A stretch of 63,360 nt of DNA, counting the filler, from Phoronis australis (Eukaryota; Animalia; Phoronida): assembly GCA_002633005.1 (NCBI GenBank). It is 5 parts of 5 records of this genome, joined end to end, with 100 filler letters (N's around TTAATTAATTAA, not from the genome) between each part and the next. Parts side by side here need not be neighbours in the genome. Positions count along the whole stretch, not along the records: positions 49,256 to 60,025 come from NMRA01001275.1; positions 60,126 to 63,360 come from NMRA01001265.1; 3 more parts are not named here. One strand, written 5' to 3'. The position numbers and the translations under genes are program-made. Positions 49,156 to 61,534 of this stretch are shown in pieces. The notes under the pieces were generated by a model. It searched no databases, was not told the DNA's origin, and was given only the letters and a program-made list of their open reading frames with translations. Positions within the stretch are counted from its first letter, which is position 1; the number at the start of each line of letters is the position of its first letter.

Positions 49156-52100
49156 NNNNNNNNNNNNNNNNNNNNNNNNNNNNNNNNNNNNNNNNNNNNT
49201 TAATTAATTAANNNNNNNNNNNNNNNNNNNNNNNNNNNNNNNNNNNNNNNNNNNNTGCCCTGTATGTTACTATTACCATTATGTTTTGGTCAGTGTTTTG
49301 AGCAATACGCTAGTGTTTCATTCTTGTGGTTATGATCTACATAATACAGCAGTGATTTTAGTCAACATTTCGGTCTTTTCGAACAGTTTTTCAAAATTAC
49401 AAATTTGACTCTTACTGAGGGGGCCTCCTCGTGGCAAGAGTTGGGCAGTGTGAAATGCTTCAGAACATTCGCACTGGCAAACACCCTCACGTTGACATCA
49501 TTAATGTGTTCCGAGAAACAGTATACCCATAAGCTACAAAACACACAATGTGCCAAGAAATTTATCTAACCATCGGGAACTTTATTTTGCTGATGTATTG
49601 ATTACAAATATGGCTTAGTTTAGCGATACACTGAAGTACTAAGTCTGGGCATTAACATAGCCGTGGGCGCACAACAGGGCTATCCCCTCCTCATTGCAAA
49701 CCCTTCCCCTGATAGAGACTCATTTCAGTTTTGTTCTTGCCTAGCTTCCCTGTCCCTGTCCCCTATTCATGCAGTGCTTCCAAGTTGCCTCACATTACAG
49801 TCATTGGTTGCCAACAAGTTTAGCAACCTCTTGAATAATTCTGACTACACCAGTGTTGCTATGGAAATAGGTTACTAAAGACCCGACTGCCATTCAAGTT
49901 GCACATTCCCTGCCTTGTGAAAGCATAAACCATCATGAAATTAACACCTGGGCCCTGGGTTTCAACTTTTTACTCAGAATTATTTTTATTTTCTATTCTA
50001 GTTTTGTTTGAACTTGAGATAATTTTCTTTTATTCTATGTGCTTATTTATGGCAATTAATGATCCCAGCCTTAGAGCTAAGAGTTCGAGTAAGAGGTTTT
50101 GCTAGAAATCTTGAGTTTTTACTCAAATTTCAGCTCGAATCTATTGGTCATTAAGTACTATCTTGATCTCCCAAGAAAGTGGACTAGAAGTGACAAAAAC
50201 AATTTCGAGCCCTAGAGGTGTATTCCCAAAACGTGATCGCATAATCCCTTTTCAGGGGTTTAAATCAATCCATACAAGACTGGGCTGGAATCTGTTTAGC
50301 CCAAAAAGCATTTAAATGCTATGTGGAAAATATTAAAACATCTGTACTAAACTGTGTTGAAAAAATGAACCCTTTTGAAGTTCCTTATCCACAAATTGTA
50401 CCATTTTTCTAGCTGCTATTAACCCAACCTCTTTTTAGAATCGTCATGTAACAATATAAGATTGGTCTGGTACAAACAATGTTTTTTTTGGCCAAATTAG
50501 TACCAAAAATCACAAGCACTCACATGGAGATTGGCATTGGATTTAGATACTAGTGTCTGATGTCAATCTTTATATGTCTGATGGTGATTAGACTCTTGAT
50601 CTCGTACTGTTCCTTACTGAGATTACATGTGATATATTGGCTTCGGTTGAACTGATAGTTTGTTGTTGCTTAAGACCTGGTGCAATAACTATGGCTTTGA
50701 GCAATAACAAAGTTTGAATTCTTCCAAGTCCACTAAAGAACAAGTTGAGACAGGGATATATGCAGGGCTTGGAATTTTCCTTTTTTGTTTTTATTTCCTC
50801 TTATTCGATTTCCAGCTTCTTTTTTATCATCATTTTTTGGCTAACTTGATTCATGCAAAAACATTTATTTCAGTTTAATTTTACAACACAAAAATATTTC
50901 TTAACACAAGCCTATTTGTGAAATGATAGATCACCTGGAAAATTTTCCTCTTATAGTCATTCCAATTCCTGTATATAGTGGTAATTTGTTCTGATCAAAA
51001 TTTATTCTTTTTCACATAAGACGCATTTATAGCAACTTTAAGGGATTTATTTCGAAGGAAATCTGGAAGCTAGAAGACACCATCTGATAAGCGCATTCTG
51101 AAATAACAATTGTGCTTGTACTTTCCAAGATGTTCAACTCCCATTGTTAGGTATAGGGATAGGGTTCATTCCATCATCCTTGGGCTTTCAGAGTACCCTC
51201 CTAAAACCATTCCAAGGGGGTACTCCTACAGGTTTATACAAGATACGACACTCAACTGGGTGATTTTTCTCAAACAATTTCTCTTCAAAATGGTGCTTGA
51301 AAAATCCCTACCAAAGCAAACTTTTTCCCATGAATACAACGGGTTTGACTATGGAAGTTAAAAACACTGCAAATGGTACCTTTTTCCTACAGCAAAAGGG
51401 GTTTTAATACGATACCTGTATTTTTAAAACCTTGGACACCAGACTCATTTTTGACAACTGGAATCTCTGAGCCGACTTCTTCAAGCTTAATGGGTGAAAA
51501 AGACAGCTGTCCAAGAATTACTACGAAAGGATTCTGTTGTTAGCATTTGCTCTTATAAAAAGATTGTGCATTTGAAACATTAGGCTACAATTTTATTGAA
51601 GTCCAAATCTCGGACCACAAACATAATGTTTTTTAGCCACTGTCTAAATGGGTGGAGATTCTTCTAGTACCATATATGCACAAAACTAAAGGTTGGGGCC
51701 CATTTGGAACACCTCTCGGGTATTTTGGTAGCTACAAATTTACCCTCGGAACATCTGGAGCACCTCGGCTATTTTTCCTATTTACATGTGCAAATTTTTC
51801 TTAGAAACACTTTAGGTATTTTCGTAGCCTCAAATATCCTCTCGGAGATGAATGTTATCCAAAATATGGCAAGTCACTTGATTTTCAATCTTGACAATAA
51901 TAGGCTAACTGAAGTCCGCACACATGGAGAGAGCGTTCACCTATTAGGTGAAATTTGAGGTTACGAAAACACCCGAGGTGTTCTGGATGCCCTTGGAAGT
52001 TAATGTTTTCAGTGCATGCTCGAACTTTATGGCCAATCATTCCCACTAAGTTTGATAATCACACAGGTTAAATTCACCTCGAATGAGAAGTTTGAGGTCC

Positions 52101-52921
52101 CGAATACACCCACGGTGATCTGAATGGCTTAGGACACAAAAGTTGTGCGGGGTCCCACCTCAAAAAGAGAAATGGGGAAGAAAAAATAGTATGTCAACGA
52201 GGTGAGGGTGTAGCTTGAGAATTTTGGCTACCTGGAGGGTCGAAAATTGTGTTGTTCTAGGAGGTGAAGACTGTGTAGGCTGCGAAGTGGTGGAAATTGG
52301 GTGCCAGCAGTGTCTACTGTAACACTGTACAAAGACGGATTGGTGGAAGGGGGGGGGGGGAGGGAGGCACGGCAAGGGGGCCATGGCCCTGCCTAAAATT
52401 CTCCCAGATTACATTTGGCAGTTTGGGGGTGCAAATGTCTGACGGGCAAAATACTCTGCCCTTTCCCCTACCCCCCTCCCCCCTAACTCAAAATCCTGGA
52501 TCGTCCCCTGCTGTAAGATCTTACAGCAGGGGAGAATCCAGGATTCCGGGACGTTTTCAATTCATAAAAAGCGTTCATAAATGAAACTGAAAAAATGCCA
52601 AGTGAAAAGAGTGAAGCCATTGTTAATTCAGGTTTATTTTCCTAATAAGTAATCGATAATTACAGGATTTTGCTTCAATTATTTGGTAATATCGCTACCT
52701 CACCAGAGAGTTCCCCCCGACCGCAAACGCGACCCAGTCGCAAAATAACTTTTTACTCTAGGGACACCTAGCGACCTGATAACGTAATACCGGATGTCAG
52801 CATGCGCAGAGCAAACTTCCTGGTTAAAAATTGCCAATGAAAACTATCGTTCTAGTGCGCTGCACCTGGGCCTTCACAAGCAATCCGTGACGTCAGCTTG
52901 TGAGGCCCGGGAAACCAGCCT

Positions 52922-53063
52922 CCCGTTCAGTAACGCTAGGACCTAGCTTAAAAGCAAGACTTTGCGAGATTACGCGAGATATTACCGTGTATTTCAAATA
53001 AGAGCACGTGACCTTGACTAGCTTTTGGCTTGGTCCTAGCGTAGGTCCTAGCGTCTACTGAAC
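52922..53063. mobile_element. Short MITE
   Basis: TIRs CGTTCAGTAACGCTAGGACCTA / TAGGTCCTAGCGTCTACTGAACG; second copy at 10270-10390. Confidence 0.75.
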
Positions 53064-53499
53064 GCACGCCCGGTTACCTGTTGGCCCAGCCGCAAGCAAC
53101 AGTACGTTCACTCGTAAGTTTTCCTAATCAGCCAGTTTTATACTTCTCCCACCCTCCCTACCGTGGGTACCACGACATCTCCACGCAACCGATTCATACC
53201 TTTTCCACACTCTCCCTTTTGTCGAACAAAATCTGCTGTTGGTTATTGTTGTTTTTGCAGTCCCTGCTGGTAGCTTCTTCAGGCCCGGAGCGTGATACCG
53301 TCCAGCAAGAACCGACGTCATTGGCTAGCGACGCGACCTGTACTCGAGCATCCATCACTGCAGCTTGCTTCTCTCCACCCCGGTCACAGCTCTCGGCACA
53401 TACTGAGCCACAACACCACGTTCCTTACAATATCTCCTTTTATCACTCCGGCTGGTCTGCTCACTCAGCTTGTCCGGAACCCTGCTTTGCAGGTTGTTG

Positions 53500-53765
53500 T
53501 AGCCCAGTTGGCTGTTTGGTGGACCCACTTGGTACTTTATATGATATTTGCCCATTTGGCAGTTTGTACCCACTTGGTACTTGTTATTGAATTTGCCGTT
53601 TTGCTCGACCCAGTTGGTAGGCAATCGGCCAATACCCATTTGGTATTATGTACCCATTTGGTACAGTTGCTAACCTGTGTCACTTAGCATCCGATACTCA
53701 ATTGTACTTTGGGTATCGGAAATGTGTGTGTTATCTCTTGTAACTAAGGAACCCATCTGGTTCCT
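53500..53765. repeat. Cluster of short quasi-palindromic repeats
   Basis: About 8 irregularly spaced copies of (A)CCCA(C/T/G)TTGG(TA). Confidence 0.65.
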
Positions 53766-53854
53766 TTTGTGAAATATTTATTTGTAGAGCTGTGACCCTG
53801 AAATTCCCAATACAACTTAAAATATACATTATTCTTTGTTTTATTTGTCCCCAA

Positions 53855-54360
53855 TAATTTCCTTACCAAACACTGCGGCCAGATAATTTTGATGTTTTTA
53901 CCCATGTTTTCATGGTCAAAAAATTTAGTAGTGCAAGTTTTTTTGTGGACACATTGTCAATTTGCATAATTTATGCAAATTAAGACCCCCATTATGCAAA
54001 TTTCTACTTTTGCTTATAATTTCCTTACCAAGCACTGCAGGCAGATTATTCTGATATTTTCACCCATGTTTCCATGGTCAATCAATTTAATAGTGAAAGT
54101 TTTTGGGTGGATACATCGTCAATTTGCATAATTAATGCAAATTAAGGCCGCCATTATTCAAAATTTTACTTGTTCTAATAGCTATGGTACCAATCATCAC
54201 AGGTGAATTATTATATTTGCACCTATGTTTCTATGGTCAATTAGTTCAATGAAATCAGTTTGCATGTTGTTGCATGGTAAATTTGCATAATTAATGCAAA
54301 TTAAGGCCACCATTATTCAAAATTATTTGTTGCTTAAAGCTCCCTTACCAAGCACTGTAG
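53855..54360. repeat. ~162-bp tandem repeat, about 3 units
   Basis: Units start at about 53855, 54017, 54178 and 54338; each has the palindrome AATTTGCATAATT(T/A)ATGCAAATT. Confidence 0.85.
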
Positions 54361-54394
54361 ACAGGGCGCAAATTAGTTTAATTACTTGGGTGAA

Positions 54395-55680
54395 TGCTGG
54401 AATGGGGCTCGGAGCGATCAGTTTATAGGGACCATATTGACGAGGTACGAATACAGTAGTGAGGGAATAGTAGGGAATTGCCCTCAAAGAAGAGAATCTT
54501 AAGCTTTGCGAACAAGTTGCCATTTGTCCTAAAAGAATGAAACAGATCTTGGAGAAATGGAGAGCGGTAACTAAAACTTATCACACGGAAGAAAGTAAGG
54601 CACGTCTTGATGCACAAGCCCAGGATATTGCGCGGATCTGTCAAAAGTAGATACCAGCATCGATCTATTGGATCCCAGTGTCCATCACAAAGACACAGTG
54701 GTGAACATTAGCATGACAGGATTGCCACTTCAACAGTTAAAGTACATGAAACAATAAGCATGGGGCAGGTAATGTTATCAGACTTCGAGAAAGGATCCAT
54801 TACGTTGGGAACACAAGTAGGCAATCACTGATGAAGATCCTTGTCCCTCAATACAGTACAAGAACATTGGAGATCGAGACATCCCATGAAGAAGCTAGCT
54901 TCGTTATTGTCTAACAGGACGTGAAATGTGCATATGAACTATTAAATTTTAGGTTATTTCGGATGACAAAAATGTATTTGTCCTTCGTGTGCAGTACTAA
55001 GACAAGGAACAGCTTCAAATACCACAACCATGAAATCACGTAGTAAGCGTAGAACAATCGAACACATAAAGTTAACAGTGAAAACTTAAAGCGATATTGT
55101 AAAGGTCTCCTCCCTGCCCATGCACTGTAGGGGTGTAAAACGTTGGCATGCTACTGTGGAGTTGGAAAGGGATCCATCGTTAAAATATTGAATATTGAAC
55201 ATGACCTGTCTGCCATCGGCACTAGTAATGCACATTTTTCTGATGTCATGAAACAGGCCACTAAATGTATGTGCGCCTGTTATGGAATGAAGAGAATCGG
55301 GAACCTGTCATGAACCATATTACTGGTATGGGGAAGAGAAACGGCAGGAAATATATGTCCGTCCCGCCTGTCACCGACAACAGAGACATTCAAAGAGAAC
55401 GTAAACGTAAACAGAGCCCATTACCAGTCAGTCATGTGGTGGAATGTCACCAGCTCTAGATCCAGAAGACTAAGGATGGAAGAAAGATGCCACAAACAAA
55501 TCACTCTCACCATCTATAATTAAGCATGGTGTCCAACTCGCTCTTATTGCATACTAGTGATGATTTAGGTGTGACTGCAAAGGTCAGATTTCACGAAATT
55601 CAAGTAGATACAATTGAAGAGTCAATTTTCTACCCCGCACAATGTTTTGGGCACATTATGCTGTAGAGTGTTCACGTTCC
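54395..55680 (+). pseudogene. Academ-like transposase relic (many stops and frameshifts)
   Basis: Colinear motifs WNG..SDQFI, H.EESKAR, VVNI, ETSHEEA, VISDDKNVFVL, GLLPAHAL*GC.T.ACYCGVGK, RAHYQSVMW, GWKKD, RCDCKG, matching my recollection of the Academ transposase C-terminal half. Confidence 0.7.
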
Positions 55681-56689
55681 GAAATGTTGAATTAGCATTT
55701 GAAACGTCTTGTGACTGATCTCCATTCGATAGGTTATTGTCCTGGGTTTATGCAATTACTAAGCTGGGTACACACCCATCATAGGCTATAACGAGTATAT
55801 ATGTTCCCATTTTCCTTTAGTTGACGACAAAAGACTATCAGCCAGATCCTCATTCGCAGCGTTAAATATTGAAAACTTTTAACTATTTATCATATATACC
55901 ATTCTTACCAATTCATAAGAATCGTTGATATGAATTAATCAATTTGTAACAAACCATGACCAACCGGTCACTGTCTGTATAAAACTGCATAAAACCTTTT
56001 GATGACACATTTAGCAAATTACTTTCAAAAATGCTTGCCTAGAGCTTGCTTACAATAAAAGCATTCATAGGTTGAAGGTCATGAGGCTTGTATACGATCA
56101 CAAAAATGACCTTGAAAGAGTTGTTTTGTTTAAAATCAACTTTGTATAGTACAATCTTGTGACGAAGCAGCTTCGTTTAACTGTTTACAAAGAGAACGTC
56201 GTTACGAAATATATGAGGAAGTTCGTGTCAAGTTTCAGTAACGGGGACAACAAGACTTTCGAGTTCTATACGTCNATGAATAAAAAAAATGAGTTACCTG
56301 TAATTTTATTCTTACTATGCCACGGCGAGTACTCACCTGGATAGGCAAAAACAGACTTAAACTTCTTCTTGTTCACAAATAATAAAATTAAAAGTTTGAA
56401 GCCGTTGTCACGGGAAAAACCTTTGCTAAGACACGTTAATGTGCATGCGCGGAAATGGGGCAAATCTTTTCCCGTCATCGAGACGGGAAAAACAATTGCC
56501 GGAAAAAAACCTTTGCTCCCGTTGAGCCTTATTGCGTGTGTTTTAAAATTTAATCAAATGTTTACTTGGTGTTTATAGATTTAATATTGCAGCTGTTTAC
56601 AGCTATTATGTTCCGAAGCTTATTTTGTGGTAAGACAAGGACAGCGAGGCACAGCCGGTGATTTTAGTGGGCGGTGAGGGAGCAGACTA

Positions 56690-57842
56690 AGTGTCTTGGG
56701 AAATGTGTCTGCCATGTGGATGTGAACATGCGGTGACGTTTTGCAAATAGCTTTTTGCGGTCCTACATGTCTCAGGCTCACAAAATACATTTGCCATGCG
56801 GTTGGCCATTCGTATAAGTGCCGAGAAATAGTGCAGTACTTGAACAATGTCTCTGTAAATACCTTTGCTATACGTTGACCAATGTTTGGTAACTTTTGTA
56901 ATTTATGTTAGGAATATCCCGCGATCGAGACAAAACAAATAATTGCCCAGACATTTTTGTTTGCTCTAGTGCATGCAGGGAAAGACAAAAGCAAACGTTT
57001 TTCCCGTTTTCGAGACTGCAAAACACTGAAGCCGTGTCGGGAAATACGTTTGATCCTGGAAACACATCCACCCGTCACTGCTTGGCCTTTCGTAGAATGT
57101 GCACATTAATCCTTTGCCATGCGGTTGGTAACTATATTAATATCCCACAATTATCGGGAAATATGTTTGCTCCGCGAAATACACTCGTCTCTGCATGCAA
57201 TTGTTGCCATTCTTGGACTATAGACATAGCAAATGGATTTCCCGCTACGGACTTTCTCGGGGAAATACATTTGCCATAAGGTTAGTCAAAGTTTGGTAAC
57301 TTGTGTAAATTATATTGTTATGTTCTTGTTTTTTATATTCTACACTTATGTATTCTAGTTTTCTTATACCGTTATTAGTACCCATATTTTATCATAGTCT
57401 AATCTTGTTATTGCCCGGGTTCCGCTTCCTCGGATGGGCGATGTCAGCATTCCCGTGCTGCCATTATGGCGTTTTGTCCATGCCCATCTTGCAGAGTCTT
57501 ATTTAGTTTTATCTATTTACGTCATAATAAATGACATTATTCCCAATCCTCCTCTTGTTTGACTCTGCAACATAGCTCGTGGAGTATCCCAGGCAAAATA
57601 GATTATGATAAATATAAGTAAGTTATTAAACTTTGACTAACCGTAGTATGGTAAATGTATTTCCCGAGACACTGCGTTGCGGGAAATTAGTTTGCTAATG
57701 CGGCGATTCTATGAAAGGTAACATTTGGATGCAGGGACGAATGCATTTCGCGGTGTAAAGATATTTTCCGACTGCTTCGACCACGGGAAAAACATTTGCT
57801 CGTCTCTACTACGGTTAGTCAAAGTTTAATAACTTACTTATA
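56690..57842. repeat. Diverged repeat units ending in a 230-bp segment with perfect 36-bp inverted arms
   Basis: Shared motifs ATACATTTGCCAT and GTTAGTCAAAGTTT; 57613-57648 is the exact reverse complement of 57807-57842. Confidence 0.7.
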
Positions 57843-58020
57843 GGCTGGCACTAGTTGGTTGTGGGGGTTTGATTTCCCACAGAGCTTTCATGTAAGCATT
57901 GACCAATAGAGTGGATTTTCCGTACCTGTCAGCAAGTAGGTCCATGGCTTCTATGTAACTGGCGTTCGTCAGTGGAAGGCCAGCGATGGCATTGGCGGCG
58001 TCGCCGGCGATGTGGGCACG
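57843..58020 (-). mobile_element. BEL/Pao retrotransposon gag fragment (DUF1759-like)
   Basis: GDAANAIAGLPLTNASYIEAMDLLADRYG....VNAYMKAL. Confidence 0.8.
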
Positions 58021-59218
58021 NTTTAGAGAGTATTCGAAACGGTAATATACCATCGCTTTCCAGAAGCTAGTGGGCCTTGAGCTAGTATTAACAACCTAAC
58101 ATTTAAAACGGCGGATAGCATCGACGGATACTGTCGGACAGGAGTAGTGCTAGAAGTAACCAGTAGATTGCTTTTCTTTTGAATTACAGTTTTTGCAACA
58201 TACTGGTAAGTGTTTGCAGGTGGATGCGCTGAATAGCTTGATGCTCGTTACCTGTCATTGCAATCCATTGAATTTTAGCCAGTAGTCGATCGCTAGCTGG
58301 ACTAAATGAACAGTAAAAGTAGGGCTGTCCAACCGATCTTTTTTAAATTTGCAAAAATACTTCAATATTATCAGAAAAATAATGCATCCTACTCAATAAA
58401 AATTGAAAAATTATCAAAATTGGGTTAAGCAGTGCACATTTATTGCAATTTTGGTGGCGAAATTTGTGTAGTAGAATAGTGGAGAATAACTCGACTTAGT
58501 AGCAGCGTTGTGTTGTGTTGTGGACAGTCTCGGTCCGTCAATGAGATGGTTGTATTCAGTAACTAAGTGTGGAACACTCAATTACACTAGTAAAGCAACT
58601 GGCAGTAGCAAGATGAGGACTGTCTTTATTAGACAAGTGAACCGATTTATATACAAGTTACAAGTATGTGGGTTGCATGCACTAAACCTTATGATTCAAT
58701 ATCCTACAGGAAAAAACAGGAAGCAACTATAAGAACTTTCACAACAATCATCTGAACTACTCTGTTGTGTTTGCCATATATGGTAATGGTCAGCTGTCTT
58801 TAGGCTATGTTTCTGTGAATGACCATTACGCAATCTTGTTTACTACAGAGATCATCAAAACATGTGTGGATGCTTCACATCAACTAGCCACATGCTAATG
58901 TTCAATGTTGCTTTGAGTATAAAATGAAAATATGTGTGTGTGTGCGCACATGCGATACAATTTTGTGAAAAGGAACTGCTCAAATTTTATTTGTACCATT
59001 TCCACGTAGTTGTAACAGACAAGCTCAATGATGATGCGGTATGTTATTGCCAATAATGAGATTGTTACCTTCATAACGACCCAGCTCTGTTCTAACTTCT
59101 AGTCAAAAAGTTGATTACAAACACATGAAAGGCCCTGACACTACCAAATTGTAATAGAACAATTTTGTCATATTTGTGAATATATAGTATATAGAAATCC
59201 TACATCTGACTAAATGAG

Positions 59219-60025
59219 TCAAAGCCGTGATTTAAGAAACTTTAGTTGGTTACTAAAAATGCGTTCCACATCAGACCAAGAATAAGCAGTCAAGTTTTGT
59301 TCAACAAAAATCCTCAGTTCAGCTGCAGAATTCACGGTACGTATTCCGTAGGCTGTTTCCCCACTCTTAACTTCATACAATAATATTCCATTTCTGGTTT
59401 CTTTGAGTGCGTAAGACAATCCTGGAGGACAAATGATTGATATCGCCTTCTGGTGCAATGAACTACCACTACTGGGCAAGTAGCCTTTCTCATTAAACCA
59501 TACAGCTAACTCATCCAGTGAAAACGCATCTAGGTTGAAAGTATAAGCATCTACCCACTGGGGCTTTTTAATATCTGTAAAGTATGGATCCGCCCTATGT
59601 ATGAACTGCCGACGAACGTAATGATCACCAACTTTGGCATATTTGCACAACATATGAATTTGCTGATAAGATGGAGATTCTTCTTCAAAATCCAGAGGGA
59701 ACGCATCAAGAGCTGGCTGTCCATTTGCTACATCCACCACAAAGGTATCTCCCTCTTTCTGTAGATCTTTAACAATAATAATCATATGCCGTGGATACTT
59801 GTCCTTCGGTGCGATCGCTAAAGTGCAGTAGGTATGGAAACCTAAACCTGCCAGCAGCGCATGCAAGAATGTATGCAGCTCATAACACAGACCACCTTGT
59901 CGGCTCATAATTCTCTCTTTGATGGTGTCCCATCTCGGAAGACACCTCTGATCCATAGGAATCATTAACAGATTGAAGTTGGTAAACGGGATGTGTTGAT
60001 TAAATGCTGTAATTATCTGTTTCAG
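59219..60025 (-). CDS. NAT: Arylamine N-acetyltransferase (5' end in gap)
   Basis: Frame is open from the gap: HIPFTNF (PFENL-like), RQGGLCYELH (catalytic Cys), RHMIIIV (His), FVVDVANG (Asp). No introns in the visible part. Confidence 0.9.
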   Translation of the reverse strand: MKQIITAFNQHIPFTNFNLLMIPMDQRCLPRWDTIKERIMSRQGGLCYELHTFLHALLAGLGFHTYCTLAIAPKDKYPRHMIIIVKDLQKEGDTFVVDVANGQPALDAFPLDFEEESPSYQQIHMLCKYAKVGDHYVRRQFIHRADPYFTDIKKPQWVDAYTFNLDAFSLDELAVWFNEKGYLPSSGSSLHQKAISIICPPGLSYALKETRNGILLYEVKSGETAYGIRTVNSAAELRIFVEQNLTAYSWSDVERIFSNQLKFLKSRL

Positions 60026-61460
60026 NNNNNNNNNNNNNNNNNNNNNNNNNNNNNNNNNNNNNNNNNNNNTTAATTAATTAANNNNNNNNNNNNNNNNNNN
60101 NNNNNNNNNNNNNNNNNNNNNNNNNAGGGCCAAAGGCTTACTGGCATTGACATGTCATTTGCAAAACTTGAGTGTCAAAAAGTTGTGTGTCAAAAAATTG
60201 CTGTCACTACTATCATAGACCAAAAGTATATTGTAAGGCAACTTCTAAACATAGCTACGACTATGCAAAATTGGTTCGATACATGACACTTGTTGCTGTC
60301 ACAAGCTTTATTCCATTCCGTTCGTATCGTCAGAACATTGGTAAAGAAACTGACCAAGAGATGACAAACGATATTTTGAAAATACTTGTTTCATCAAGTG
60401 GAAATAAAATGACACAGCAATACCACCATAGAGCAAAAGCTAGTCAAATATGCAATGGTACACAGCAGGTGTGAAATACTGCAAAGACTGACAAATGGAG
60501 GGGGTAACAAGAATGTCGTGCAAACAAGTGCAGCATGACCCTGTTTTCTGCTCATTCAAAACGGGCTTCGAGAATGTAATCAAAAGGGACTCTCAATATT
60601 TTCAATAGCAGCACATCATGCTCTCCATATCGACTGAGTTGGCGTATTCTCCACAGTTTCTTGACGAGTGATACTTATGATTATGTAGGTGGGCATGCTC
60701 ATTATGACCTAATGTCTATTTCTCTCTTTCAGTGTCTGAACATCCTCTAAATGTCACAAATACATAGAATATCTATAAAGTAATATGGAACGAAGAGTTG
60801 TATCTGGAAGGTGATTTTGTGAAAGTGAACTCATTCCCCCAGGACTTTTCTATGGCTTTTTAACAAAAAACTGAGCTAATTTCCAGTATTGCATTGAGCG
60901 TGAATGTTTAATTTCCACACCAGAATCAGTTCCACTATTGAGTTGTGGAGATAACCAGTGAATTGAAGAAGTCAAAATTTTGAAGGACCAGTTGGCACTG
61001 TAATTTTCTTTAGGGTTTTGTGACGCCAACAGATATTCAACGTTGGAAAGGAAACTTGTATAGTATATTTTTTGTAAATTAAGTTTTTGTACTTTATACT
61101 TAGTGAAGGGAATTCAACTTTAAGTGTTATATTTTTGCCTGCAGAAGAAAAAAGTTATAACATGAAATGAAACCACCAACTGAAACAAAATACCCCAAAA
61201 TTGAAATAGAGAACATGAGAGGGAAAGACTCAGGTTACGAAAGGTGTTCTGTCGGCCTTATTTTTAGTGGTTATCAGATAGCACAGCACACACAAATTAG
61301 ACATTTTTCATTTCTTTATTTTCCCAGTTCCAATGAGTAAGTAACAGGGGTCTGAGATTCCCCTGCCTTACTTTACAATTGTTAAGTGAAAATGACAACA
61401 CAAATATACAATGGAATTGATTTTAAGTTACGTATCTCAAATAAACACAGAAAAATCAGG

Positions 61461-61534
61461 AGCCCCAACTGGGAATCGGACCACAGGTCTTTAGATTGCG
61501 GGTCTAGTGCTCTCACCACTGAGCTATTGAGGAC
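61461..61534 (-). pseudogene. tRNA-like sequence (pseudo-tRNA or SINE head)
   Basis: Minus strand ...AATAGCTCAGTGGTGAGAGCACTAGACCCGCAATCTAAAGACCTGTGGTCCGATTCCCAGTTGGGGCT: good A box, degenerate B box, imperfect stems. Confidence 0.6.
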
